From: a virus
Taxonomy: Duplodnaviria > Caudoviricetes
DNA length: 64,000 nt
Direction: 5' to 3' (one strand)
Virus record (IMG/VR): IMGVR_UViG_3300020046_002068
Location: 1,163 to 65,162 of that record
Below the pieces are notes generated by a model. It was not told the DNA's origin and did no database searches. It saw nothing but the letters and a program-made list of their open reading frames with translations. Below are positions 1 to 9,062 of this stretch, piece by piece. Each line of letters begins with the position of its first letter. Within the stretch, counting starts at the first letter, position 1. The position numbers and the translations under genes are program-made.

Positions 1-176
1 CGAATACCTGTAAACCTTACTAGATCGCGTTTGCCGTGTGCCTCCTATGTTGGAAATTAGCTACGCATCCCGCCCCAGCATGTGATATCGTGAACACTTC
101 GTGTCTGTGATCTCCGAGCGTTCTTTTTTAGCCCTCTCCCTAGCTACATTCCGATTCTTCCCCCCAAGGAAATCTT

Positions 177-2120
177 ATGCCGACCCTCACTCACCCAGCA
201 CTCGTAGCCGAACACTGTGGCCTAGACACCTACACCACAAGGCTACGCACATTGACCGGGACCGAAATCCTCCCTCACCTAATCGCCCAGTTACCTGTAT
301 CAAGCTCAGTGGATTCAGCGCTTGTATACTTTTCCGCTCCCGTTGTGGCACCCGTGCTGAAATCGCTCGAACCCGCCAAACACGTGCTGCAAGAGCCGGA
401 CCCCGCGAACGCTCGCACGATCCTGTACATCGAGAAGCATGACACCGACACTATTAACTTCGTGCTCTACCCCGATGATTTGCAGTGCCTAGTACGATCC
501 TCGTCTGCATTCAAGAACATTACACTGACTGAGAAGCGTAACTGGCCCTCAGTTCAGTCGCTCGCCAGTACACCACTAGTGCCCATCACCTACGACACGA
601 AGATTAACTCCACTAAGGCTTCGCACAGTGCCTATAGGACTAGTCTTAACTATTCATTTCGACAGCGGGCACAACTGCACATAAGGAATGAACAGGAACG
701 TCTGGACGGGGCCGGGGCGGTCGAGTTGGCGCAGGAGCGTGAACGCTTCCGGTTTATGCCTATGGAACAGCGGGAGAACGCGTACCTGTACGACCTCATG
801 GTCCAAGCGAAGATGCCAGCCGTGCTGATGGACGACCTCGTGCCGGTTCCCAGTCAGGCGGAGATCAAGCGCTTCCAATTCCCGTTGCCCCCGGAGGATC
901 GGCCGCATCGACCCGGGCAGTCAGCCGCTAAAGTGGCGCGGATCGTCAACGTGCTGGCTGATAACTGCCGCATCACACCTAGCCAGCCATTGGGGAAAGT
1001 GGACCCCGCACAGTCAGGAGTGATGGTTCCTGATCGTCTGGTGCAGACCATGGCGCTGATGCCTGCTGGCGTGCTGTCCATTGAACTGGATAGCCAGAGC
1101 CCGGATTACACGGTGGACGACACGCGCATAAGTCAGGAACTTGCGGATGACATCCGGGTGTTCGGTGCCTGCTGGCGTGTGGTGCTGACGATTGGGAGGG
1201 ATACCCGCTATGTGTTGCCCGTTGCTACTACCTACCTAACACCTAACCCGATAGTGGTCCAGTTCAACTATAGGTGCCGCCCGTCGATGGATGCAGAGGG
1301 GAACCTAGACTTTCCCGTCCCTACCTCTATCAGCCTGAACACAACCTTGCTGAAGAAACAAGGGGTGATGCACGCAGAACGACTGGCCGAGGCGCTGGGC
1401 CAGTACCCCATGCGGCACATCAACAGGACCGCAGGGCCGAGTCCATGCGGGGTGCGCAAGGCTGCGGGGGAGCGAGAGTTTATCCGCGCATTGCAGACGG
1501 TGTTCGCAGTGCGGGTGGGTGGGCTGGCGCAACAGATCATTCTCCAGAACAAGCTGCCGAAAGTGATGCGGGAGATTGCGACGGGGGAGACATCCCTGCG
1601 CCAGCGCAATGAGATCAGTCAGGCTATGTACAGAGTAATGGCGCATTACTTCAGGGAGGGAGAGGACACGCACAGCAGGATCGTCAAGCGTTTGCCGCAA
1701 GCGGTGGCCGGGGCGTATGTGGAGTTCATTAGGGCACCGGGCTATGACATGGGATCGTCGGGGTTTGGCATCGCATACGATATGTTCGTGATACAGTTGA
1801 TGCGTAACGAGAACATCCGGGTTATGTATATCAACGGTGATCTTAGGCGCGCATTAGATAGCCCGGACCTGTACAAAAAGCAGCAAGAGAAAATGGAGCC
1901 GGGAATACGGGCTGCGCTGGAGCGGACAACGTCACTACTACTGCCTCATGCACCTGACCTCGAAGAAAACTATCTTGCGCCTAAGCTGGACGGCATCGAC
2001 CCGCTGGGCATCCCGGACAACGTGCGAGAGTCTAAGCTGGAGCAGCACCATCGGCGGGTGCGGGCACTGATCGGGCCGGTGCGGGGGCTGTTGGCGGAGA
2101 CAGAGGTGAGTGATGATTAA
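177..2120 (+). CDS. Hypothetical protein, 647 aa, no recognisable domain
   Basis: Long ORF with SD-like AAGGA upstream; its stop overlaps the ATG (2113) of the first microgene. Confidence 0.8.
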   Translation: MPTLTHPALVAEHCGLDTYTTRLRTLTGTEILPHLIAQLPVSSSVDSALVYFSAPVVAPVLKSLEPAKHVLQEPDPANARTILYIEKHDTDTINFVLYPDDLQCLVRSSSAFKNITLTEKRNWPSVQSLASTPLVPITYDTKINSTKASHSAYRTSLNYSFRQRAQLHIRNEQERLDGAGAVELAQERERFRFMPMEQRENAYLYDLMVQAKMPAVLMDDLVPVPSQAEIKRFQFPLPPEDRPHRPGQSAAKVARIVNVLADNCRITPSQPLGKVDPAQSGVMVPDRLVQTMALMPAGVLSIELDSQSPDYTVDDTRISQELADDIRVFGACWRVVLTIGRDTRYVLPVATTYLTPNPIVVQFNYRCRPSMDAEGNLDFPVPTSISLNTTLLKKQGVMHAERLAEALGQYPMRHINRTAGPSPCGVRKAAGEREFIRALQTVFAVRVGGLAQQIILQNKLPKVMREIATGETSLRQRNEISQAMYRVMAHYFREGEDTHSRIVKRLPQAVAGAYVEFIRAPGYDMGSSGFGIAYDMFVIQLMRNENIRVMYINGDLRRALDSPDLYKKQQEKMEPGIRAALERTTSLLLPHAPDLEENYLAPKLDGIDPLGIPDNVRESKLEQHHRRVRALIGPVRGLLAETEVSDD

Positions 2121-3022
2121 CGTCTACCGTTTCGGTGCGATATTGATGCTCATGGACGGCAAAATCTACAATGGCAAAGTCCTGATGTTCACTGGACAAC
2201 CTACCATGGACATGCATGAGCGGTACAAGTACGCGGAGACAAGGCAATGAACGTATATCCAAGGGGCGTGGTCCTCGAAAAGTGGGGTAACTACTGGAGG
2301 TACTCCATGTTTACTATGTACTTCAACCCTAGGTTCCCCGAGTCGTGCACTGTGCTGACTAGATACGTGAGGTTCTGATGAGTCTGCACCTTGACTACCT
2401 GATTAACTACACCCCGTTCTACATCATCGAGTTCACGCTCAATGCAAACGTGCCGAGGTTCGGTGCGAATCGGTACAAGTACGCGGGGGCAAGCGATGAT
2501 TGACGTGTATTCTAATGGTATAACGTTATGCAGGACGAACGAGCTTTCCTACGCTATCCCATGCATCAGATTGGTGACTCAGAAGGTGCCCGCACCGCTG
2601 GTTAGGTACGGGTTTCTCCCACATGGGGCGATGCTATGAGACTGTACGGACTAGGACTTGTGATCGATGGGATAGTAGTGCCGAACTACCCACACCCGTA
2701 CCCTGTTACCTACATAATGCTAAGTCAGAAGGATGGGGTGGAAGCACCGACGCGGTACGCATACCTACCAGCGGGATGGGATAAATGACTCTATACTCTT
2801 GCTTCCTCACGATGCCCGGTGTGCGGGTGTCCATGATGCAATTCACCGTTGACGTGGCTGACCTCGCGGTCAGCAGGTATCAGTTCTTACAATGGGGGGC
2901 CAAGCATGTACATGTATACCCACGGCGTGCAGTTTAGAGTGGCTCCGTACCAAGTTAAGGTAGTCATGATCATCAACTGCGATGGCTATTGGAGAGTCAC
3001 GGAGAAGTACGGTCTAGTATGA
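2113..3022 (+). other. RY-microgene block I (7 tandem ORFs, 38-50 aa)
   Basis: Hand translation: 2113-2250 (ERYKY), 2247-2378 (TRYVR), 2378-2503 (NRYKY), 2496-2639 (VRYGF), 2636-2788 (TRYAY), 2785-2937 (SRYQF), 2906-3022 (EKYGL); ATGA, TGATG or short start-stop overlaps. Confidence 0.8.
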
Positions 3023-3055
3023 ACTTCCACACTCAAGGAAGTATAGATAGGGGGG

Positions 3056-3084
3056 TTGACAAGGGGGCTTGACTAGGGTATAAT
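3056..3084 (+). promoter_or_regulatory. Perfect consensus sigma70 promoter
   Basis: TTGACA (3056-3061), 17-bp spacer, TATAAT (3079-3084); predicted TSS about 3091. Confidence 0.92.
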
Positions 3085-3090
3085 GTGTAC

Positions 3091-3615
3091 TGTGGCTGGA
3101 TATAGCATCCAGTCGCAGCAGCACCGGGCTAACATCCACCGTCGGATGTTAAGTAAGCAGTAAGGCCCCTCTTTCACAACCTGATCGCAAATGCCAGCGG
3201 CCAAGACAATCGCTGCTGGTGCAGGCAAGATGCTCACGTCCCGCGAACGAAACTGGCGGCACGGTAGGTAGTCCCCCACTCCACCCCGGTGCGAGACGGA
3301 CGCCCCAAAGTTACAACATGACCGTGCCAACGGCCCCTGTGGTGGGCCAATACCGGCGACAAGTAGTACGAACCTCTGAGATCCCCTGCGACCTAGGACG
3401 CACGACGTATGCATGTACTCCACATGCGTGCCGAACCTCGATGACCCTCCCATAGCGTGGATGCGAACCGAGGCAAGGCACAGCGTTAACAAAGTCAGGC
3501 ACCGACATCCCGAGCGAGGGCAGGGATAGTCCAGATAATGCCCGTGTTCCCCTAGGTCCTACATATAGAGTGATTTGGTCGTCACTCTCATGTGCATTAG
3601 TACGTACTAGTGTGC
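3091..3615 (+). ncRNA. Candidate long structured ncRNA or leader RNA
   Basis: ~600-bp gap in otherwise contiguous coding DNA, directly behind the promoter. Stems: 3091-3101/3107-3117, 3194-3200/3213-3219, 3258-3265/3321-3328, 3332-3336/3344-3348, 3390-3397/3551-3558, 3411-3416/3422-3427, 3436-3440/3469-3473, 3507-3511/3523-3527, 3567-3573/3582-3588. Confidence 0.55.
3129..3152. promoter_or_regulatory. 24-bp palindromic element, copy 1 (operator-like)
   Basis: CTAACATCC-ACCGTC-GGATGTTAA. Confidence 0.6.
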
Positions 3616-3641
3616 ATGTATCTTGACGACTGGAGAAAGAC

Positions 3642-5066
3642 ATGAAGATCATGATCCCCGGCGAATTCAGTTACTTCGGCGTGCGGATAGTGTACGGTCA
3701 GTATCTCTGCGCTATGTACAACTGCGCGGCTGACAGCCACAAGTGGGTGCGGCGCTACCACATAGGAGTGTAACGTGGAGTTCTACGAAGGATCGTACTT
3801 CACAGTGGTCTTGGGTGTAGGCCCCGGCCCTAGACGGTACCTCGCTGCCACGCATCGGTTCGGCGACACGTCTGATCGGCGGATGTTCTTTCAACGCTAC
3901 AACCTAGCAGGGTGGTGACATGTGGTTCAAGATGGAGTATTACCTAGTGCTGGTCGGCCCGGATGAGTTCGAAGTCATGGCGCTGTCCGTCAACTGCATG
4001 ACCGACGACCGAGAGGCGTTCTTCAACCGCTACAAACTGTGGAGGTAACGTGCTGATCAAAGGCACCGTGTTCTTCGGGGTCAACCCAGACACCCGAGGA
4101 TCGGATCATTCGATACAAACGATCTGGATAATCAAGCCCATGAACCGGGGTACTTTTTCAGGTAAAACGACGGCGTTTTTCTGGAGGTACCACATCAACC
4201 TGTATGACGTGCTGAGATAGGAGTCAACACCGGATGACCATAGCAGATAGCCCCCGCCAATACTTCGGGCTGTACTTCAACAGTCGCTGGCAATGCTTTG
4301 CTGTCATCACAGATAATGTGGTGGATCAGAGAATGTGGGCCAAGCGATACAATCTTTCAACCTAACATCCGACGGTGGAGGTTAGCCCCATGGAACTAGA
4401 CACACTGTGGATGCGAGTTCAGATACATGACGAAACCCACTGGCCGTGCATGATCCGCTCCACTCGGCTCGACAATTGGCTGCGGTGGAGGTACGCGCTA
4501 TGAACCTGAGCATAGGATTGCTGGCGCTTGGGTACCACCCTGACGGCTACACCCTCATGACCTGTACCAGTTTCTCGGACAAGTGGTTAGCTAGGAGGTA
4601 CTTCCCATGAACCTAAGAGGTACCATCGTCTACTCTCACGAGGGGTTCAACCAGCACTCGTGGAACAGGTTCCCGCAGTACACCATCATCCGGATGCATT
4701 GGTATAAGAACCTAATGGCCCGAGACAAGACGCAGTTCCTTGCCTTCGTCCGGGAGAGGTACTTCAAATGATAATCACTGGGCCGTACTACGTAATACTT
4801 GTACTACTACGCAAAGGAGAGCCAGCAAAACACATCAACCTAATGCACAAGAGTATCATCGACGAGCGGATCATACTTCGCTACGGATTCCCGTCCGACC
4901 CCGGAGCGTACTAATCATGCGGATACTCGGACCGTGGTACTTGGGTGTGTGGATGCCATACACAGCGATGTACGTTACACTGGACCCAAACCACAAGAAC
5001 GAACAGTTCTTTCATTTACGGTACAACATTTCAACAGATCGCAAGATCTACTTTGGAGATTCATGA
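3642..5066 (+). other. RY-microgene block II (10 ORFs, 36-56 aa)
   Basis: 3642-3773 WVRRYH, 3775-3918 FFQRYN, 3920-4048 FFNRYK, 4050-4220 FFWRYH, 4234-4365 WAKRYN, 4390-4503 WLRWRYA, 4500-4610 WLARRYF, 4607-4771 FVRERYF, 4768-4914 IILRYG, 4917-5066 FFHLRYN; SD before most starts. Confidence 0.85.
4362..4385. promoter_or_regulatory. 24-bp palindromic element, copy 2
   Basis: CTAACATCC-GACGGT-GGAGGTTAG; contains the GGAGG SD of microgene 4390. Confidence 0.6.
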
Positions 5067-5353
5067 TGCTGGCAGTTAATATTTATGGTGCGACAGCGTT
5101 GATCGGCACCATCCACCTCGACGTGCGCCCTGCCCATGCCCTGAAGGCGGCGCGGTACTTCAAAGATAACGGCTTCCAAGTGGAGGTCGATGCGGGCATG
5201 TTGTGCGTCCGTCAACCCCGGCGGGTGGATGGCAAGTGTGCTGGCATGGCCCTGCGCAAGCGGTTCAAGTCGGCGCACAAGTACTTCGACGGCACCATTT
5301 CCGCCAAGGGTCTGGCCGAGTTCATGGGCAGGGTGGCCAAGGCAGGGCTGTGA
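5063..5353 (+). CDS. Hypothetical protein, 96 aa
   Basis: ATGA-coupled to the previous microgene, GGAG SD, GC3-rich codons. Confidence 0.75.
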   Translation: MMLAVNIYGATALIGTIHLDVRPAHALKAARYFKDNGFQVEVDAGMLCVRQPRRVDGKCAGMALRKRFKSAHKYFDGTISAKGLAEFMGRVAKAGL

Positions 5354-6044
5354 TGTACTTCAACGGACCGGTCTGTCTTGGGTTCTCCATCAACAACTAC
5401 CGCACAACGTGGATGTTGGTAGCACCGATAGAGACGCGGGCGTTCCTTCGTCGATACGCCATCTTCGAGGGGTACGGGTGGCCTAGGGAGGGGGAGGCGT
5501 GGTGACACTTGGCATGGGGTCAGGGCGGGTGGTGTGGCGGGTGCATCCGCATATCGTGGTGTTCATCAAGTTCTTCGGCTCGCCCTACTATTTGCAGCGC
5601 AGTGCCGCCATTAACTTCTTCGTGCGGAGGTATGAGCTATGAAGCTAAGTACACGGTGGGTCAACTTGACTTGGCCACACCCGAAAGTGACATGGTATAC
5701 GGTGGATATGTTTCACAAGCTGGATCTGGGGCGTCAAGCTGGTCTGCTACCGTACATTCATGCGAGGTACATGCCATGAACCTGAGCGTCAACAAGATCA
5801 ACTTGTACGCTATAGGCTTTGAGTGTCGGGTGTTTCCTTATAATGGGTACACCCCGACAACGGCGAGGTGGTTCAACGCGAGGTACTTCAAATGAGACTG
5901 TCACTTCCATCCGGGGCATGGATATCGATAGATGGTGATAAACAGATCAATCTGCGGCTCGGCCCTATCGACTCGAATGCAAACATAGATTTCAGGAGAT
6001 TCATTCATGGGAGATACAAGTACATCCATAGAGACTTCGACTAA
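5353..6044 (+). other. RY-microgene block III (5 ORFs, 39-50 aa)
   Basis: 5353-5505 FLRRYA, ~5502-5642 FFVRRYE, 5639-5779 YIHARYM, 5776-5895 WFNARYF, 5892-6044 FIHGRYK. Confidence 0.85.
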
Positions 6045-6222
6045 CACACCCACTCCACACTACATCACGCAGTGTGGTACACTAGACGGCAACACATACC
6101 AGACGAAAGGAACTGCTTACTTCGACGAGACTCGTTTTACGTTGTTCATCGGGGAGCAACCCCAACTTATTTCAATCCGAGGGTACTCAAACCTAACCCT
6201 CTCAGACTCAAGGATCAATACC

Positions 6223-6669
6223 ATGGCCGGCATTCGCTTCGAACACCACCCCTTCCGTGTCTACGGCACCGACGCCAATGACTCCAACACCTACCAGCGC
6301 CCGTTCATGCAGGCGATGGAGGATTCGCAGGATGCGGACACGACGGTGGTCATCACCGTGCTGCATGGGGGTGTCATGATGGACATCCTCGACCGCAAGA
6401 TCCAGAAGTTCGACAACCCCGAGGAAGTGGTCAAGGAAACGTACAACTTCGGACCGGCCACCGACCGTGACTCGTTCGAGAAGGCGTTCAACATGTTCAA
6501 GATGCACCGGGCCAGCAACCCCTGTGTCTTGTTCAACTTCACTGGTGTCGAGATCAAGGACCTCACTTCGCCCGTGCTCAAGTGGGATGGCATCAACAAT
6601 GCTGACCAGATCCCCGAGTCCGAGCGGGTGGTGGTCCCCTTCACCAAGCCTGCCTACCCCGACAAGTGA
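6223..6669 (+). CDS. Hypothetical protein, 148 aa
   Basis: AAGGA SD before ATG 6223; strongly GC3-biased codons from this point. Confidence 0.8.
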   Translation: MAGIRFEHHPFRVYGTDANDSNTYQRPFMQAMEDSQDADTTVVITVLHGGVMMDILDRKIQKFDNPEEVVKETYNFGPATDRDSFEKAFNMFKMHRASNPCVLFNFTGVEIKDLTSPVLKWDGINNADQIPESERVVVPFTKPAYPDK

Positions 6670-6678
6670 TGTAACAAC

Positions 6679-6706
6679 GGCTAACCTCCGACGGTGGAGG
6701 TTAGCC
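6679..6706. promoter_or_regulatory. Palindromic element, copy 3 (28 bp with flanks)
   Basis: GGCTAACCTCC-GACGGT-GGAGGTTAGCC, perfect 11-bp arms, intergenic. Confidence 0.65.
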
Positions 6707-6717
6707 AGGAGAAGGGG

Positions 6718-7289
6718 ATGTACTTCGATAAGATGGATGGGTCAGTCGACGCAGGGGGTGATACGGCACCGAACTGGATATTCATGTTCACACGATCCAG
6801 ACTAGACTTCTTCTACCGGCACCGCTATGTACTTCGATGAAGATGACATGTCGTTCTGCGCTGAGTACGTCGGCAATTCGTCCGACCGGGGGGATGACTA
6901 TGCCGGATGGAAATCCTGGAAGTTTGCGCTTGCGTGCCACGGGGTCAACCGAGCCGAGGTGTGGTTGGTGAAGCGGTACCTGCCATGATCTTCGACATCA
7001 GAGACGTATCAATAAAGGGGATGTACTCGGACGATCCTATGGCGTGGCTGTTCGTAGTGGGTAGCTACGCTCCCGGGTGGCGCAAGATCGAAGACACCTT
7101 ATCCAAGAGGTATGGATTCCAATGAACTTCGTCGTCTTTATCTTTAGGGGGAATCTCTATCAGACAATAACTACTGGACTTGGCATGAACCCTGCGTACC
7201 AATTCAGGTTTACGCAGAAGTACTTCTTTAAAGATGAGTACCTGATGGACAGGTACCACTTGTCACGTAGCAAACTACTTACAATCTGA
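6718..7289 (+). other. RY-microgene block IV (4 ORFs, 40-55 aa)
   Basis: 6718-6840 FYRHRYV, 6827-6988 WLVKRYL, 6985-7125 TLSKRYG, 7122-7289 YLMDRYH; the first two both start ATGTACTTCGAT (MYFD). Confidence 0.85.
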
Positions 7290-7300
7290 AAGGTAATACC

Positions 7301-8464
7301 ATGGCCAAGAAAGATGTCGCTCCCGTGTCCACCATTTCCCTGCGTGAAGCCAAGCAACTGATCCTCGCGGTCGGGCATCAGGTTGCCATCATGTTGGGTG
7401 GTGAAATGGGGATTGGCAAAACCGCCCTGTTGGGGTGGATCAACGAGGATCTGCCGAAGGCGGACCGGTACATCAACATGCGGGTGGACGCTGCCAATCT
7501 GTCGGTGGGTGATCTGGCCCTGCCGTCCTTCATCGACGTGGAGACCGAGCCGGGGGTGTTCGAGAAGCTGTCGACCTGGGCGGTCAACAAGCACCTGGGT
7601 CTGCATCAGAAGCGCCCGATCCACATGTTCGTGGATGAGTACACCAAGGCTGGGCAGGAGGTGAAGAACGCCCTGCTCCCGCTGATTTACGACCGTGAGT
7701 TGTTTGGCCTCAAGTTGCCGCAGGGTAGCTTGGTCACGCTGACCGGCAACCTGATCGACAACGGGTTGGGTGATGCGATGAAGGGGCACGAGCGCAACCG
7801 TGTGTGCTACGTTGTTGTGCGCAAGCCGAGCGGTGATGAGTGGATCGACGACTACGCCATCCACAACGGCATCCACCCCGCCATCCCGCGCTGGGTCAAG
7901 GACACCCCGCAGGCGTTCGCTTCGTACCTCGACGGCGAGACGGTGTCGGATGGCAAGGGCAATGGCAACCCCTACATCTACCATCCTGATCGCTCCGACA
8001 TGGAAGCGGTGGTCACCCCCCGTTCGTTGACTGCTGCCAGCCACGTGCTGCACGCTGCCGACCGGGCGCACTTCGCCCCCATGCTGACCCGCACGGCACT
8101 GGCTGGACTGATCGGCCGGTCTGCCGCTGCCGACCTGATGACGAACTACGAACTGGCGCTCAAGCTGCCCGACCGTGCCGCCATCATCGCCGACCCCAAG
8201 CGGGCACCCCTGCCCGGTAGCACGGTGGCGTGCAGCATGATCACGTTCTCCCTGGCGACGACGGGCACCGACAAGACCATCAGCCCCATCATCGACTACA
8301 TGAAGCGGCTCGACGGTGAGTGGCAGGCGGTGTTCATCAAGATGTTCACGGCCCGCAAGCAGGTGGGTGCCGACGCCAAGGGTGAGCCGATCAACGGCAA
8401 GCGTGCTCTGAGCAACACCAAGGACGGCATGGCATGGGCGCTGGACAACGGCCACATGTTGTAA
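7301..8464 (+). CDS. AAA+ ATPase (MoxR/AAA_5-like)
   Basis: Walker A GEMGIGKT, Walker B MFVDE, TGN sensor and R-finger-like RNR; partner vWA gene nearby. Confidence 0.85.
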   Translation: MAKKDVAPVSTISLREAKQLILAVGHQVAIMLGGEMGIGKTALLGWINEDLPKADRYINMRVDAANLSVGDLALPSFIDVETEPGVFEKLSTWAVNKHLGLHQKRPIHMFVDEYTKAGQEVKNALLPLIYDRELFGLKLPQGSLVTLTGNLIDNGLGDAMKGHERNRVCYVVVRKPSGDEWIDDYAIHNGIHPAIPRWVKDTPQAFASYLDGETVSDGKGNGNPYIYHPDRSDMEAVVTPRSLTAASHVLHAADRAHFAPMLTRTALAGLIGRSAAADLMTNYELALKLPDRAAIIADPKRAPLPGSTVACSMITFSLATTGTDKTISPIIDYMKRLDGEWQAVFIKMFTARKQVGADAKGEPINGKRALSNTKDGMAWALDNGHML

Positions 8465-8968
8465 TCCGGCAGTACCGGTACGGGGTGCATGTGGGAAGCA
8501 GAGTTGTGACCTTCATGCAACCCCCGCTGTCTGCGAAGTACGACTACAGGCATGTCATGGATCTGTTCGAACGGAGGTACGGACTATGAGGGGGCCTAAC
8601 GTGATGACACTCCACGTCTGGGGGACGTGGGTAGATTCCGAACGGTACGTGCACGTTGTACCCCGAGCCGCTGCTACCGTCCGGTGGTACTTGACTGCGC
8701 GGTACAACCACATACAGGTGAACCTTGGAACTTGATGGATGGGAAGCATACTGGTATGCTGGAAGTAAGTGGCCTAAGTGTGTGGCTGTACTCAAGTTCC
8801 GGCACGCTGGGTTCCTGCTGTATAAACGCTATGGAGTTCGTGAGGACCCTACATATGCGGCTTGACAACTGGGGCGCAATCGTATCGCCAATGTGTGTTG
8901 TCGATGCACTTCAATACGTCGGGCACAACTTGTTTCGTGATAGATATAAACTTGCGCGTCACTTCTAA
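8434..8968 (+). other. RY-microgene block V (4 ORFs)
   Basis: ~8434-8589 LFERRYG (start uncertain), 8586-8735 YLTARYN, 8725-8865 LLYKRYG (TTG start), 8855-8968 LFRDRYK. Confidence 0.75.
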
Positions 8969-8982
8969 CATCCGCCTTTCGC

Positions 8983-9006
8983 CTAACATCCGACGTCGGA
9001 TGTTAG
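8983..9006. promoter_or_regulatory. 24-bp palindromic element, copy 4 (perfect palindrome)
   Basis: CTAACATCCGACGTCGGATGTTAG; extra half-site CTAACATCCG at 8965 and hairpin GATGCCAAC-ATCCT-GTTGGCATC just downstream. Confidence 0.65.
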
Positions 9007-9062
9007 TCAATGATGCCAACATCCTGTTGGCATCGCTTGGATGTTAACTTCAGGAGTATCAA

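Noticed and set aside
3219-3455. 78-aa ORF (and antisense ORFs 3073-3492, 3311-3652) in the structured gap
   Set aside because: No good SD, no RY motif, Arg/Pro-rich composition typical of non-coding frames, and not coupled to neighbours.
6007-6222. N-terminal extension of ORF 6007-6669, or another microgene
   Set aside because: ATG 6007 lies inside microgene 5892-6044; the SD and codon bias point to ATG 6223; the gap has no start-plus-RY unit.
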